A stretch of 64,000 bases of DNA from an uncultured Akkermansia sp. (GTDB taxonomy: Bacteria > Verrucomicrobiota > Verrucomicrobiia > Limisphaerales > UBA9464): positions 499 to 64,498 of the forward strand of contig CAYSGH010000016.1 in NCBI GenBank assembly GCA_964430505.1, given 5' to 3'. How positions within the stretch are numbered: position 1 is the stretch's first letter; every line of letters starts with the position of its first letter. Under the pieces are notes generated by a model that was given only the letters and a program-made list of their open reading frames with translations, searched no databases and had not been told where the DNA came from. The position numbers and the translations under genes are program-made. This document shows positions 1 through 9,475 of the stretch, piece after piece.

Positions 1-814
1 GCATGAGGCGGGCCATTTGGTTGGCATGGCGGGCATGGCGGAGCCAGACGCCGTCCCGGAGCATCCCCACCCATGGCGCGGACACGAAACGCATCTTCGA
101 ACAGAGCTGGCCGCCTTGCTTGGCGCGATAGTCAAACTCGGCCGCCAGCTCGCGATTGAAAAACACCACGGCCTCGCCCACGTGGATGCCGTTCTTGGTG
201 CCCCCGAAGCACAACACGTCCACGCCGGCCTGCCAGGTCACCTCCCGGGGCGCGCAGCCGAGGGCGGCGACGGCATTCGCAAACCGCGCCCCATCCATGT
301 GGAACCGGAGCCGATGCTTCTTGGCCATCGCCCCGATGGCCCGCAGCTCGGCGGGCGTGTACACGGTGCCCACCTCCGTGGACTGGGTCACGGTGACGAC
401 CCGGGGCTTGGGATAGTGAATGTCCGTCCGGCGCAGCACGGCTTCCTCGATGCCGGCCGGCGTCAGCTTGCCGTGGTCGCCCGGCAGCAAGAGGAGCTTG
501 GACCCGTTGCCAAAGAACTCCGGAGCACCGCACTCGTCCTTCTCGACGTGCGCAACCTCGTGGCAAAGGACGGAATGGTAGCTTTGGGTGGAATGGGCCA
601 GCGCGAGGGAGTTGGCCGCCGTCCCGTTGAAGACGAAGAACACCTCGCAAGGCGTCTCGAACACCTCCCGGATGAGGTCCGCCGCCCGCTGCGTCCAGGG
701 ATCGTTGCCATAGGCGGGGGCGTGGTCCGAGTTGGCCTCCGCCAACGCCGCCCATGCCTCCGGGGTGATGCCCGCGTAATTATCCGATGCAAAATGCCGT
801 GCCGGTCTCGTCAC
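1..814 (-). CDS. ltaE: low-specificity L-threonine aldolase, partial (C-terminus runs off the window start)
   Basis: Absent from the ORF track because there is no in-window stop. My reverse-strand translation from a GTG at 814 reads VTRPARHFASDNYAGITPEAWAALAEAN...VFFVFNGTAANSLALA...VTQSTEVGTVYTPAELRAIGAMAKKHRLRFHMDGARFANAVA...CFGGTKNGIH. This is the PLP-dependent threonine aldolase pattern, including the GGTKNG lysine motif. The + ORF 17..895 is its antisense shadow. The start codon is uncertain. Confidence 0.75.
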   Translation of the reverse strand, partial: MTRPARHFASDNYAGITPEAWAALAEANSDHAPAYGNDPWTQRAADLIREVFETPCEVFFVFNGTAANSLALAHSTQSYHSVLCHEVAHVEKDECGAPEFFGNGSKLLLLPGDHGKLTPAGIEEAVLRRTDIHYPKPRVVTVTQSTEVGTVYTPAELRAIGAMAKKHRLRFHMDGARFANAVAALGCAPREVTWQAGVDVLCFGGTKNGIHVGEAVVFFNRELAAEFDYRAKQGGQLCSKMRFVSAPWVGMLRDGVWLRHARHANQMARLM

Positions 815-1013
815 GCCCCCATCAAGCCCGTGAATCGGCCGCGCGGCAACCCGGGAGGGGAAGGGCCAGCGGGGACTGGGGCGCAGGGGGCGTAAGGCGG
901 GGGGGCGAACCACGCCTTGCCGGGACGCGTTGGAAGCTGGGGAGGATGTCGGGACGAAAAAGGCCGGGTGACGGCACCCGGCCTTGGGCTGAAACGGTGC
1001 GAACGAGCCGTCA

Positions 1014-3653
1014 TTACCGGCCCGGGCCGCCGGGCGGGCGGGGCGGCAGCAATCCCAGCAGGTCTTGCTGGCGCAGGTACCACTCGCGCAGGGGCCGGGT
1101 GAGCTGCGAATCCTTGAATTCCTTCAGGTTCACGATGTTCAGGGCGGCGTCCACGTCGTCCTTGAGCGACTTGTTGAGGTCGCTCTTGGCCTCGGTGGCC
1201 CAGGCGCGATAGGAGCCCGTCTTGTCATTGAGGGCCTTGGCGGCGGCGAGGCGCGTCTCCTGCTCGTACTTGAAGTCGGCGACCTCGACGTAGGCACGGT
1301 CGATCTTGCCGCGGATGCGCTTGGAATCCTCCTTGGCCAGCACCACGTGCTTGGCCACCTCGATGATGCGTCGCTCGAACTGCGCGACGAGGTCGTCGTC
1401 GGGCAGGACGTCGGTGGCCTCGCGGGCGAGGTCGCGCGGCGCGTTCTCGAGCCGGGCGAGGACCTGGCGAAGGACGGCCTCCTCCAGCTCGCGGAAGAAG
1501 CGGCGGCCGCGCTCGATGATCACCTTCTTCTCGGCGTCGGTGAAGCTGTAGCGCTTCTCGTCGAGGCCCACGAAGTTCGTGTAGGCGGGGGACGCGAGGA
1601 GCTTCTCGAGGCGCGTCACAAGCCCGGGTGCGTCGAGCTTGGGCGCGGCATCGACGCCCTCGGGCTCCTTCTTCAGCTCCAGCTGCAACGGCGCGGGCAG
1701 GACGGAGAACAGGACGCGGTCGAGGCCGCCGAGCTTGTCCATGTCCTCCTGGAGCACCTTGAGGTGGGCGGCGCGGCGCTCGCGCTCGTTGAGCTCGCCG
1801 ATGAAGTCGAACTGGTTCTCGACGGCAAGCGAGCGGGCGTTGGCCTGGAACCATTGCCATGCGTCGGCCAAGTGGGCGGCCAGCTGGGTGGCGGTGGCGG
1901 TGACGGAGAGGTTGACGCTCTCGACGGGGATGGCGTCGCGGGCATCGCGGGGCGCGCGGGCGGCGATGAAGCGCTCGATGAGGGCATGAGGAAGGTTGCG
2001 CACGAGGGAGGAGGCCTCGTTGTAGGCGGCGACGATCGGGCGTGCGCCGTAGTCGAAGGTGCGGACGTCGCCATACCGGCCGGCGTCCTGGTCGGTGGCG
2101 AACAGCAGCTTTTGCTCGCGGGCCTCCTTGCTGTCGAAGTAGCCCCATTGGATGGCGGCCTTGTCATGGGGCAGGACTCGCGAGGTGGCGCGCATGATCC
2201 AGCCGATGTACACGCCGGCCTTGAACGCGCTGTACTCCATCATGGACGAGCTGGTGAGGCGGTTCGTCCAGGCGTCGAGGCCCTTGCCGGTGACGTACGC
2301 CTGGAACCATTGGTCGAGGTCCTTGGGCGTCATGGTGGCGGCGAGGCTGCCGCCGAAGTTGTGACGCAGGCCCAGGACGTGGCCCACCTCATGGGCGACC
2401 ACCTCGCGCACGTAGTCCTGGGACGCGCGCAGCACGGCGTCGTCGGTGAGGCCGTCGTTGGCCAGCAGTTCCTCGAGCCCCTGCGCGTATTGCTGCGCGA
2501 ACGCGATGGGGTTGATCTGGCAGGCCACCGTGGACTCCAGCATCGGGATGCCCATGCCGGGCCAGCCCAGCTTGCCGTCGCCGCCCTTGCCGTCCTTCTT
2601 GGCCTCGATCAGCTCCCGCATGGCCCGCAGGGCGGCCCGCGCCCGGGCCTTGCCGCTGATGGCGAACACGCTGGTCATGTAGGCCTGCCCGTGATGCGAC
2701 TCGCCCGTGCGCGGGTCCACCAGAAGGTCCGCGTAGGCCGACCCCGCCTGGTCCCACGGGACCCACTGGACGATGTTGTAGCGCGGGTCCGGCGCGGTGA
2801 CGCCCTCGGGGGCCTTCTCGGCGCGCACGACGTTCGTCCCAAAGGCGCGGTTCCAGTAGAGGATGCCATCGCGGACGGCGGCGACGTAGTTGGACGGCGT
2901 GTTGGCGCTGTAGTGGAAGACGACGGGCTTGGAGAGGTCGAAGCGGGCCATGCGGGCGCGGGCGCGGCCGGTGTTGGTCTCGATGACGGGCGACGTCTCG
3001 AAGAACCGGGCATAGCGGGTGTCCACGGGGGACTGCTCGCGGCCGGGGCTCCGGGGCTCGTCGTAGGGGGTCAGGTAATACCGGACCTCGTAGCGTTCCT
3101 CGACGTTGGCGACCATGCCGAGGTCGCGGGCCTGCACGCTTTGGCGGATGGAGAGGATGTTGTCCTGGACCTGCGCCGCAAACACGCGGGCCTGGGGCAC
3201 CTCGAGCACGCGGTCGCGGTTGCCCGCCCCGTACCAGATGTCCGTAAACACACGCCGCATCCCCTTGTTGAAGTCGATGGTCAACGTGTCCGCGCCACGT
3301 TCCACGACCGGGAACGTCGCCAGCAAGCGGCGCGCGGGAAGGTCCTCCGTCACCACGAGCCCCTTCGTGGACTCGTACAGGTCCACGCCGTCATGGAAGG
3401 CCTCGAAGCGCACGATCTTGCCCGCCAGGCCAGTGCTGGTGGGCGAGTTCACCTGGGGAATTAAGGAGGCCGAAAGCAGGTACTCGCGCGCAAGGGCCGC
3501 CCTGGGCAGCACCAGGTGAAGGTTCGTGCCGACCCGGATCTCGAGGGGCGAGGACTTCCGGGTGGACTGGGCCGACGCGGACAGCACCGCGCCCAGGGCC
3601 AGCGCCGACAACAGGAAACGCCGCAGGGTCGCGGCGGGGGACAAGGGTTTCAT
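1014..3653 (-). CDS. secreted zinc-dependent metalloprotease (metzincin-type HExxHxxGxxH)
   Basis: ORF 1014..3683. The internal ATG at 3653 gives MKPLSPAATLRRFLLSALALGAVLSASAQS, a signal peptide. Catalytic motif VAHEVGHVLGLRHNFGGS. About 880 aa, typical of the large uncharacterised zinc-dependent metalloprotease family. Confidence 0.8.
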   Translation of the reverse strand: MKPLSPAATLRRFLLSALALGAVLSASAQSTRKSSPLEIRVGTNLHLVLPRAALAREYLLSASLIPQVNSPTSTGLAGKIVRFEAFHDGVDLYESTKGLVVTEDLPARRLLATFPVVERGADTLTIDFNKGMRRVFTDIWYGAGNRDRVLEVPQARVFAAQVQDNILSIRQSVQARDLGMVANVEERYEVRYYLTPYDEPRSPGREQSPVDTRYARFFETSPVIETNTGRARARMARFDLSKPVVFHYSANTPSNYVAAVRDGILYWNRAFGTNVVRAEKAPEGVTAPDPRYNIVQWVPWDQAGSAYADLLVDPRTGESHHGQAYMTSVFAISGKARARAALRAMRELIEAKKDGKGGDGKLGWPGMGIPMLESTVACQINPIAFAQQYAQGLEELLANDGLTDDAVLRASQDYVREVVAHEVGHVLGLRHNFGGSLAATMTPKDLDQWFQAYVTGKGLDAWTNRLTSSSMMEYSAFKAGVYIGWIMRATSRVLPHDKAAIQWGYFDSKEAREQKLLFATDQDAGRYGDVRTFDYGARPIVAAYNEASSLVRNLPHALIERFIAARAPRDARDAIPVESVNLSVTATATQLAAHLADAWQWFQANARSLAVENQFDFIGELNERERRAAHLKVLQEDMDKLGGLDRVLFSVLPAPLQLELKKEPEGVDAAPKLDAPGLVTRLEKLLASPAYTNFVGLDEKRYSFTDAEKKVIIERGRRFFRELEEAVLRQVLARLENAPRDLAREATDVLPDDDLVAQFERRIIEVAKHVVLAKEDSKRIRGKIDRAYVEVADFKYEQETRLAAAKALNDKTGSYRAWATEAKSDLNKSLKDDVDAALNIVNLKEFKDSQLTRPLREWYLRQQDLLGLLPPRPPGGPGR

Positions 3654-3827
3654 CTCGTGCCCCCAGCGTTGCCCGGTTGCCATGTTTTCACAATCACGGG
3701 TTCAAGACGGTCCGACGGGGCGTCGGCGTGTTGGTCGGCCGCGGGTGCGGCTCACCACGGCCACTTGGGGATCCCCGGGGCACGGTTTTCCACCACAACG
3801 ACATGCGGGGGGGTGTTGCGTCGGCCG

Positions 3828-4385
3828 CTACCGCCGCTCGCGCAGCAAGGCGGCGATCTCGTCGAGCCGGTCCGCCATGCGCCGCAGGAGTTCCCCCTGG
3901 CCGTCCGCCGTCCCCGCCACGCCCCGTGTTCCCGTTCGCAGGGCATCGCGCCGTTCCAGGATCCGGTTTCGGAACTCGTGGGCGTCGATGATCCCCGTGA
4001 GCTGCATGTCATGGGCCTGGCCCGCGCTGTGGCCCGCCGTCTCGAACTTGAGCGTCGCCAGGTGGAACCGCTTGAGGATCGGCCCCTCGATGAAGGTGAC
4101 GTCCTGGATGTTCTCGAGCGGGATGGTCTTCTCGACCTGGAAGAGGATTCCCTTGCGAAAGCGAAGCACACGGCCGGTGACGTGGCACTCGAGCTTGGCG
4201 AAGTAATGGCGCGCCCACCAAGGGCCCAGGCCGCAAAACCAAACGAGGGCCAACGGGAGGCCAAGGATCGTCGCGGCCATCGCCAGGCCGAGGGTCACGA
4301 CCAGGTAGGGCCGGTACAACGGGTTGAACCGGGCCACCACGGCGTCATCGGTCCCAGACGGCGGTTCATGGATGGGATCTTGCAT
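3828..4385 (-). CDS. bacterial PH-domain (YdbS/YdbT-like) membrane protein
   Basis: C-terminal 185 codons of ORF 3828..5309, starting at the ATG at 4385 (MQDPIHEPP...). Two TM helices (YLVVTLGLAMAATILGLPLALVWFCGLGPWW) are followed by RKGILFQVEKTIPLENIQDVTFIEGPILKRFHLATLKFETAG, the bPH_2 signature. The upstream part of the ORF is Arg/Pro-rich and does not look coding. Confidence 0.65.
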   Translation of the reverse strand: MQDPIHEPPSGTDDAVVARFNPLYRPYLVVTLGLAMAATILGLPLALVWFCGLGPWWARHYFAKLECHVTGRVLRFRKGILFQVEKTIPLENIQDVTFIEGPILKRFHLATLKFETAGHSAGQAHDMQLTGIIDAHEFRNRILERRDALRTGTRGVAGTADGQGELLRRMADRLDEIAALLRERR

Positions 4386-4517
4386 CGGACGGCACGGGGC
4401 CGCGTCGGGCGGCTTGCCCCGCAACCCCGCGTGAGCGCAACACGAGGCACCGGCGGGGTCAAGGCGCGGCCATTCCTGTCGTGGCATCGAGGGGGAACCG
4501 TGGTAGCCTTCGGCCGC

Positions 4518-5057
4518 ATGGAGAACGTGATTGCCGTCTTGCTGAGCCGTGATTGCGACGCCGTCCAAATTCCTGCCGGGAACACCGTGGTGCTCCCGGC
4601 CGGCACCGAGGTGGACATCACCCAGCGGCTGGGGGGGTCCTACACCGTTCGTGTCCTCGGCGGGTTGTTCCGCATCGGATCGAAGGATGCCGACGCGCTG
4701 GGAATCACGCCCGAGGCGGCTCCCGCCCCGGCGACGAGCGACGGGGACGTGGACGAGAAGATGGTCTGGGAGACGCTGCGCTCGTGCTACGACCCGGAGA
4801 TCCCCGTCAACATCGTGGACCTCGGCCTCGTGTATGACATGGGGATCGACGACGCGCCGGGCGGCAAGAAGGTGTTCGTGAAGATGACGCTGACGGCGCC
4901 TGGATGCGGGATGGGCGCGACCATCGCCGGCGACGCGCAGCAGCGCCTCCTGTGCCTGCCGGGCGTGGTGGACGCGAGCGTGGAGATCGTGTGGGACCCG
5001 CCCTGGCACCAAAGCATGATCACGCCCGAGGGCCGCCGATTGCTGGGCATCGAGTAG
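4518..5057 (+). CDS. sufT: SufT-like Fe-S assembly protein (DUF59/MIP18 domain)
   Basis: Last 179 codons of ORF 3516..5057, from the ATG at 4518 (MENVIAVLLSRDCDAV...). DUF59 core: MVWETLRSCYDPEIPVNIVDLGLVYDM...VKMTLTAPGCGMG...VEIVWDPPW. The N-terminal extension is typical of SufT. Confidence 0.65.
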   Translation: MENVIAVLLSRDCDAVQIPAGNTVVLPAGTEVDITQRLGGSYTVRVLGGLFRIGSKDADALGITPEAAPAPATSDGDVDEKMVWETLRSCYDPEIPVNIVDLGLVYDMGIDDAPGGKKVFVKMTLTAPGCGMGATIAGDAQQRLLCLPGVVDASVEIVWDPPWHQSMITPEGRRLLGIE

Positions 5058-5170
5058 CCCGATGCGACGGGCGGCGTGGCGCCGCTCGGGCGTGCCGGGG
5101 GCAAAGTGCTGCTTTGCCGCCATCCCACGCGGCGATAGCCTCGACAACCACACACGCATTGGGCACGAGC

Positions 5171-7453
5171 ATGTCGCATCAATTGGAGGATTCGTTGGGG
5201 CGCCGGTTGCTGGACTGGGTCCCGTTTGGGCTGGGGCAGCACAAGCCGCGGCATTTCCGGGACATGCTGACGGTCGCGTGGCGGAACCGCGACAACCTCG
5301 GGCACGCATGGAAGGTGCTGAGCCGGGGCGTGTGCGACGGGTGCGCGCTCGGGGTGGCCGGCTTCCATGACTGGACGCTGAAGGGGCCCCACCTGTGCAT
5401 GACGCGGCTGAACCTGCTTCGGCTGAACACGATGCCCGCGTTCGACCCCGCGCGGCTGGGCAACATCGCGCAACTGCGGTCGGACCTAGCCCGCGAGCGC
5501 GGCGACGGGCGGCCCGGCTGGGACAACGCGCAGTTGAGGGAACTGGGGCGCCTTCCCTACCCCATGGTGCGCGACGGCGGCGCGCCGGGCTTCCGAAGGG
5601 TGGGCTGGGACGAGGCGCTGGGCCGCCTCGGGCGGCGCCTGCGGGCGACGGACCCGCGCCGCATGGCCTTCTTCGTCACGGCGCGCGGGGTGACGAACGA
5701 GGTGTACTACATGGCGCAGAAGGCCGCGCGGTTCCTGGGAACGAACCACGTGGACAACGCCGCGCGGCTGTGCCACGCGCCCAGCACGGGCGCCATGAAG
5801 CACGCGGTGGGCGTCGCCGCGAGCACCTGCTCGTACTCGGACTGGTACGGGACGGACCTGATCGTGTTCTGGGGCTCCAACCCGGCCAACGACCAGCCGG
5901 TCTCAACCAAGTACCTGCTGGAAGCCCGAGGGCTGGGGACGCGCGTGGCCTTGGTCAACCCGTACATGGAGCCGGGCATGCGGCGGTATTGGGTGCCCAG
6001 CACGGCGGGGAGCGCGGTGTTCGGGACGCCCATGTCGGACTGGTGGTTTCCGGTGCGGCAAGGCGGCGACATCGCATTCATCCACGGGGTGCTGAAGGTG
6101 CTGATGGCGCGGGGCGGGCTCGACGAGGGCTTCATCGCGCGGCACACGGAGGGCTGGCCGGAGCTGGCGGCGCACGTGCAACGCCAGGACATGGCGACGC
6201 TCGAGAAGGCGGCGGGCCTCCCCGAGGCGTCGATGGCGGAGTTCGCGGACCTGCTCCAGCGCAGCCGCAACGCCGTGTTCGTGTGGAGCATGGGCATCAC
6301 GCAGCACGGCTACGGCGCGGATGCCGTCTCCATGGTGCTCAACCTCGGCCTGGCACGGGGCTACGTCGGACGCGAAAAGACGGGCCTGATGCCGATCCGC
6401 GGGCATTCCTCCGTCCAGGGCGGGGCCGAGATGGGCTGCTATTCGACGGCGCTGCCGGGCGGGAAGCCGTTGACGCGGGAAAACGTGCGGGCGTTGTCGG
6501 AGACGTATGGCTTCGAGGTGCCGGAGTGGCCCGGGCTGACGTCGGTGGAGATGGTCGAGGCGGCCGCGCGTGGGCAGTTGGACGTGTTCTACAACGTGGG
6601 CGGGAACTTCCTGCGGACGTTGCCGGAGCCGGACCGGGTGGCGGCGGCGCTTCGCAACGTTCCCGTGCGGGTGCACCAGGACATCCTCCTGGTGGACCAG
6701 ATGTTCGAGCCGTCGCGCGAGGAGACCTGGCTGTTGCCCGGAAAGACCCGGTACGAGCAGGACGACGGCGGCATCGAGACGACGACGGAGCGGCGCATTG
6801 CCTTCTCGCCGGAGATTCCCAGGGTGGTGGGCGAGGCCCGGGCGGAATGGAAGATCCTGCGGGACGTGGCGGCGGCGGCGTGGCCGGAGCGGGCCGCGTT
6901 GCTGGGCGGCGAGGACGGTTGGCGGCTGCGCGAGGAGATCGCGCGCGTGGTCCCCTTCTACGACGGCATCCAAGGGCTCCGGAAGACGGGCGACGCGATC
7001 CAATACGGCGGGCCGCGCCTGTGCGAGGGCGGGGTGTTCCCGACGGCGGATGGCAAGGCGCACTTCAAGGTGGTGGGGGTGCCGGACGAGAGCCTGCGGC
7101 CGCTGGGCTTTGCGGCGAAGGACGGCCCGCCGCGCTTCATGGTCTCCACGCGGCGTGGCAAGCAGTTCAACACGTTGATCTACGCGGAGGTGGACCCGTT
7201 GACGGGCGCGCCGCGGGACGCGGTGTTCATGAGCCCGGAGGACGCGGCGCGGCTGGGCCTGGCACGCGGCGACCGCATTCGGCTGAGGAGCGAGACGGGC
7301 ACGATGGAGGGCACGGCGTTCCCGGCGGAGATGGCGCCGGGCAACATGCAGGTGCACTGGCCCGAGGGGAACGTCCTGCTGGCGTCGGGCCGCGTGGACC
7401 CCGTCGGCGGCGTGCCGGACTACAACGCTTGGGTGGAGGTGGAGCGGCCTTGA
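5171..7453 (+). CDS. FdhF/YdeP-family molybdopterin oxidoreductase
   Basis: ATG at 5171 (MSHQLEDSLGRRLLDWVPFGLGQHKPRHFRDM...) inside ORF 4904..7453. GVCDGCALGVAGFHDW is the YdeP-type Cys cluster region. 760 aa, with a molybdopterin-binding C-terminal barrel (GDRIRLRSETGTMEG). No in-frame TGA, so not a selenoprotein. Confidence 0.85.
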   Translation: MSHQLEDSLGRRLLDWVPFGLGQHKPRHFRDMLTVAWRNRDNLGHAWKVLSRGVCDGCALGVAGFHDWTLKGPHLCMTRLNLLRLNTMPAFDPARLGNIAQLRSDLARERGDGRPGWDNAQLRELGRLPYPMVRDGGAPGFRRVGWDEALGRLGRRLRATDPRRMAFFVTARGVTNEVYYMAQKAARFLGTNHVDNAARLCHAPSTGAMKHAVGVAASTCSYSDWYGTDLIVFWGSNPANDQPVSTKYLLEARGLGTRVALVNPYMEPGMRRYWVPSTAGSAVFGTPMSDWWFPVRQGGDIAFIHGVLKVLMARGGLDEGFIARHTEGWPELAAHVQRQDMATLEKAAGLPEASMAEFADLLQRSRNAVFVWSMGITQHGYGADAVSMVLNLGLARGYVGREKTGLMPIRGHSSVQGGAEMGCYSTALPGGKPLTRENVRALSETYGFEVPEWPGLTSVEMVEAAARGQLDVFYNVGGNFLRTLPEPDRVAAALRNVPVRVHQDILLVDQMFEPSREETWLLPGKTRYEQDDGGIETTTERRIAFSPEIPRVVGEARAEWKILRDVAAAAWPERAALLGGEDGWRLREEIARVVPFYDGIQGLRKTGDAIQYGGPRLCEGGVFPTADGKAHFKVVGVPDESLRPLGFAAKDGPPRFMVSTRRGKQFNTLIYAEVDPLTGAPRDAVFMSPEDAARLGLARGDRIRLRSETGTMEGTAFPAEMAPGNMQVHWPEGNVLLASGRVDPVGGVPDYNAWVEVERP

Positions 7454-7544
7454 CGGGCGGGCGGCATCGCAAGGCCCCGGCGCGGGCGCACGGGTCCGGA
7501 CGGCGGGCTTGAATCAGGCAGGAAAGCGCCAAACGATCGCGGGC

Positions 7545-8522
7545 ATGGGCGACACGCTGAAGGCATTGCGGGCATTGTCAGACCCGACGCGCCTTCGGAT
7601 CGTGGCGTTGCTCGGGGCGGGCGAGTTGTCCGTGAACGAGATGCAGGAGGTCACGCGGCTGGGGCAGTCGCGGATTTCGACGCACCTGGGATTGCTGACG
7701 GAGGCGGGGCTGGTCGTGCTGCGAAAGGATGGCCGCCGCAGCTTTTACGGCTTGAGCACGGGCCTGGCATCCGATCTCGAAGCCCTGGTCCGGGCCGCCG
7801 CCAAGGGTGCGATGGAATTGCCGGAACGGGATTCCGACGAGGTCAACCTTCGCAGGGTGCTGGCGCTGCGCGAGGAGCGGGCGCAGGCGTACTTCAACCA
7901 TGTGGCGGGCCGGTTCGACCGGGTATACGGCCCGGGGCGCTCCTGGCAGGCGTTGGGTCACCTCCTGTTGCGCTTGTTGCCGCCCCTGGACGTGGCGGAC
8001 CTGGGGTCCGGCGAGGGGTTGGTGGCCGAGTTGCTGGCACGTCGATGCCGGCGCGTCATCGCGGTGGACAACTCGGAGCGCATGGTGGAGTTCGGGTCCC
8101 GCAAGGCGCGCGAGAACGGGATGGCAAACCTCGAGTTTCGGCTGGGCGACATCCTGCGGCCGCCCATCGAGGACGCCAGCATGGACGTGGCGATCCTCAG
8201 CCATGCCCTGCACCACGCGGAGGACCCGGCGGAGGCCGTCCGCGCGGCGCATCGGATCCTGCGGCCCGGCGGCCAGGTCCTCGTCCTGGACCTGCTCCAG
8301 CATCGCTTCGAGCAGGCGCGGGAACGGTACGGGGATCGTTGGCTGGGGTTTGCCCCGGCAGACTTGCAGCGATGGCTCGAGCAGGCGGGATTCGCCGCGA
8401 TCGAGGTCAGCGTCGTGTCGCGCGAGGAAGACCCGCCGCATTTCGAGACCCTGCTGGCGGCGGGCGTGAAACGGGAACAGCGGCCCCTCCCCCCGACATC
8501 GAGGACATCAATGGGCGGCTGA
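7545..8522 (+). CDS. ArsR/SmtB-family HTH regulator fused to a class I SAM-dependent methyltransferase
   Basis: ORF 7509..8522 begins at a TTG. The first ATG is at 7545 (MGDTLKALRALSDPTRLRIVALLGAGELSVNEMQEVTRLGQSRISTHLGLL, an ArsR wHTH). The C-terminal half has VADLGSGEGLVAELLA (SAM motif I) and a Methyltransf_11-like region. Confidence 0.8.
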   Translation: MGDTLKALRALSDPTRLRIVALLGAGELSVNEMQEVTRLGQSRISTHLGLLTEAGLVVLRKDGRRSFYGLSTGLASDLEALVRAAAKGAMELPERDSDEVNLRRVLALREERAQAYFNHVAGRFDRVYGPGRSWQALGHLLLRLLPPLDVADLGSGEGLVAELLARRCRRVIAVDNSERMVEFGSRKARENGMANLEFRLGDILRPPIEDASMDVAILSHALHHAEDPAEAVRAAHRILRPGGQVLVLDLLQHRFEQARERYGDRWLGFAPADLQRWLEQAGFAAIEVSVVSREEDPPHFETLLAAGVKREQRPLPPTSRTSMGG

Positions 8523-8526
8523 TTCG

Positions 8527-9279
8527 ATGCAATTCACGGCCCGTGCCCGGGCCATGGCATGGAAGGGGCCGATGAAGACATCGATGACGACGTTCCAAGG
8601 AGAGACGCAAGGCGTTGGGCAGGCGGCCGGCGGCGGCGACCGGGGCATCCCCCTGGGCTGGAAGCTGGCCTTCACGGCGTTCATGGCCGTGTGGGTGCCG
8701 GTGTACTGGACCCAGTATGGCCCCACGAACTTCCTCTATTTCTGCGACGTGGCCTTGTTCCTGACCCTGGCGGGGATGTGGCTGGAGAACCGGTTGCTGC
8801 TGTCGATGGCGGCGGTGGGAATCCTGCTGCCGCAGTTGTTCTGGTGCGCGGACTTCGTGGTGCAGGCGATGGGCGGGCGGCTCACGGGGATGACGGAGTA
8901 CATGTTCGATGCACGGCGGCCCCTGTTCCTCCGGGGCCTGTCGTTGTTCCACGGTTGGCTGCCGTTCCTGCTGCTGCTTGCGTTGCGGCGGCTGGGCTAC
9001 GACCGCCGGGCTCTTCCCGCGTGGACGGGGACCGCCTGGGCATTGTGCCTGGTGAGCTTCCTGCTGCTGCCCCCGGCCGGGCCGGAGCACGCGGGCAAGC
9101 TCACGCCCAACAACGTGAACTACGTCTGGGGCTTCGACGACGCCCGCCCGCAGGCGTGGCTGCCGCCGGGGCTCTACCTGATGGCGTGGATGGGGTCGCT
9201 GGCGGGCTTGGTCTATGCGCCCACGCACCTGCTGTTGTCCCGCTGGAGCCATGCTCGTGGACGGTGCACCGGCGCGTGA
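8527..9279 (+). CDS. hypothetical multi-pass integral membrane protein
   Basis: ATG 4 nt after the upstream stop. At least 5-6 hydrophobic helices (WKLAFTAFMAVWVPVYW, FLYFCDVALFLTLAGMW, LLLSMAAVGILLPQLFW, LSLFHGWLPFLLLLAL, WALCLVSFLLL, LYLMAWMGSLAGLVYA). I do not recognise the family. Confidence 0.55.
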   Translation: MQFTARARAMAWKGPMKTSMTTFQGETQGVGQAAGGGDRGIPLGWKLAFTAFMAVWVPVYWTQYGPTNFLYFCDVALFLTLAGMWLENRLLLSMAAVGILLPQLFWCADFVVQAMGGRLTGMTEYMFDARRPLFLRGLSLFHGWLPFLLLLALRRLGYDRRALPAWTGTAWALCLVSFLLLPPAGPEHAGKLTPNNVNYVWGFDDARPQAWLPPGLYLMAWMGSLAGLVYAPTHLLLSRWSHARGRCTGA

Positions 9280-9307
9280 GGTCGGCCGGGCTTCGCGCGG
9301 CGCACGC

Positions 9308-9323
9308 GTGGCATGGCGCTTGC
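9308..9323 (+). promoter_or_regulatory. candidate sigma-54 (-24/-12) promoter
   Basis: TGGCATGgcgcTTGCT compared with the consensus TGGCACG-N4-TTGCW. The GG and GC elements are correctly spaced, with one mismatch in the core. It lies in the 196-nt gap between the membrane-protein stop (9279) and the DUF3570 start (9476). Confidence 0.3.
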
Positions 9324-9475
9324 TGGCTAACCGGCAGCCAATGAGAGACCAGCCCGCAGTCGGCATGGATGAACCGTGCCCGGCCAATAATTGGCTAGAC
9401 GGTCGGGGCCGAAAGGACGGCACTGTTGGGGAGGGTTCGGCCGGCGCCGACCCCACCGCGAGCCACAAGATCCCC

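Noticed and set aside
17-895. 292-aa + strand ORF at the window start
   Set aside because: It starts at a TTG. The sequence is Arg/Gly/His-rich with no recognisable motif. It lies exactly antisense to a clean threonine aldolase reading frame on the minus strand.
1065-3464. 799-aa + strand ORF
   Set aside because: It is the antisense shadow of the metalloprotease gene. Its low-complexity Gly/Leu/Val/Glu/Asp composition is typical of the reverse frame of a high-GC gene.
5171-7453. Possible selenocysteine recoding in the FdhF/YdeP-family gene (and in the glutathione peroxidase at 34210..34752)
   Set aside because: Both frames are uninterrupted, with Cys at the relevant positions (GVCDGCALG; ASRCGY). 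There is no in-frame TGA and no need for a SECIS element.
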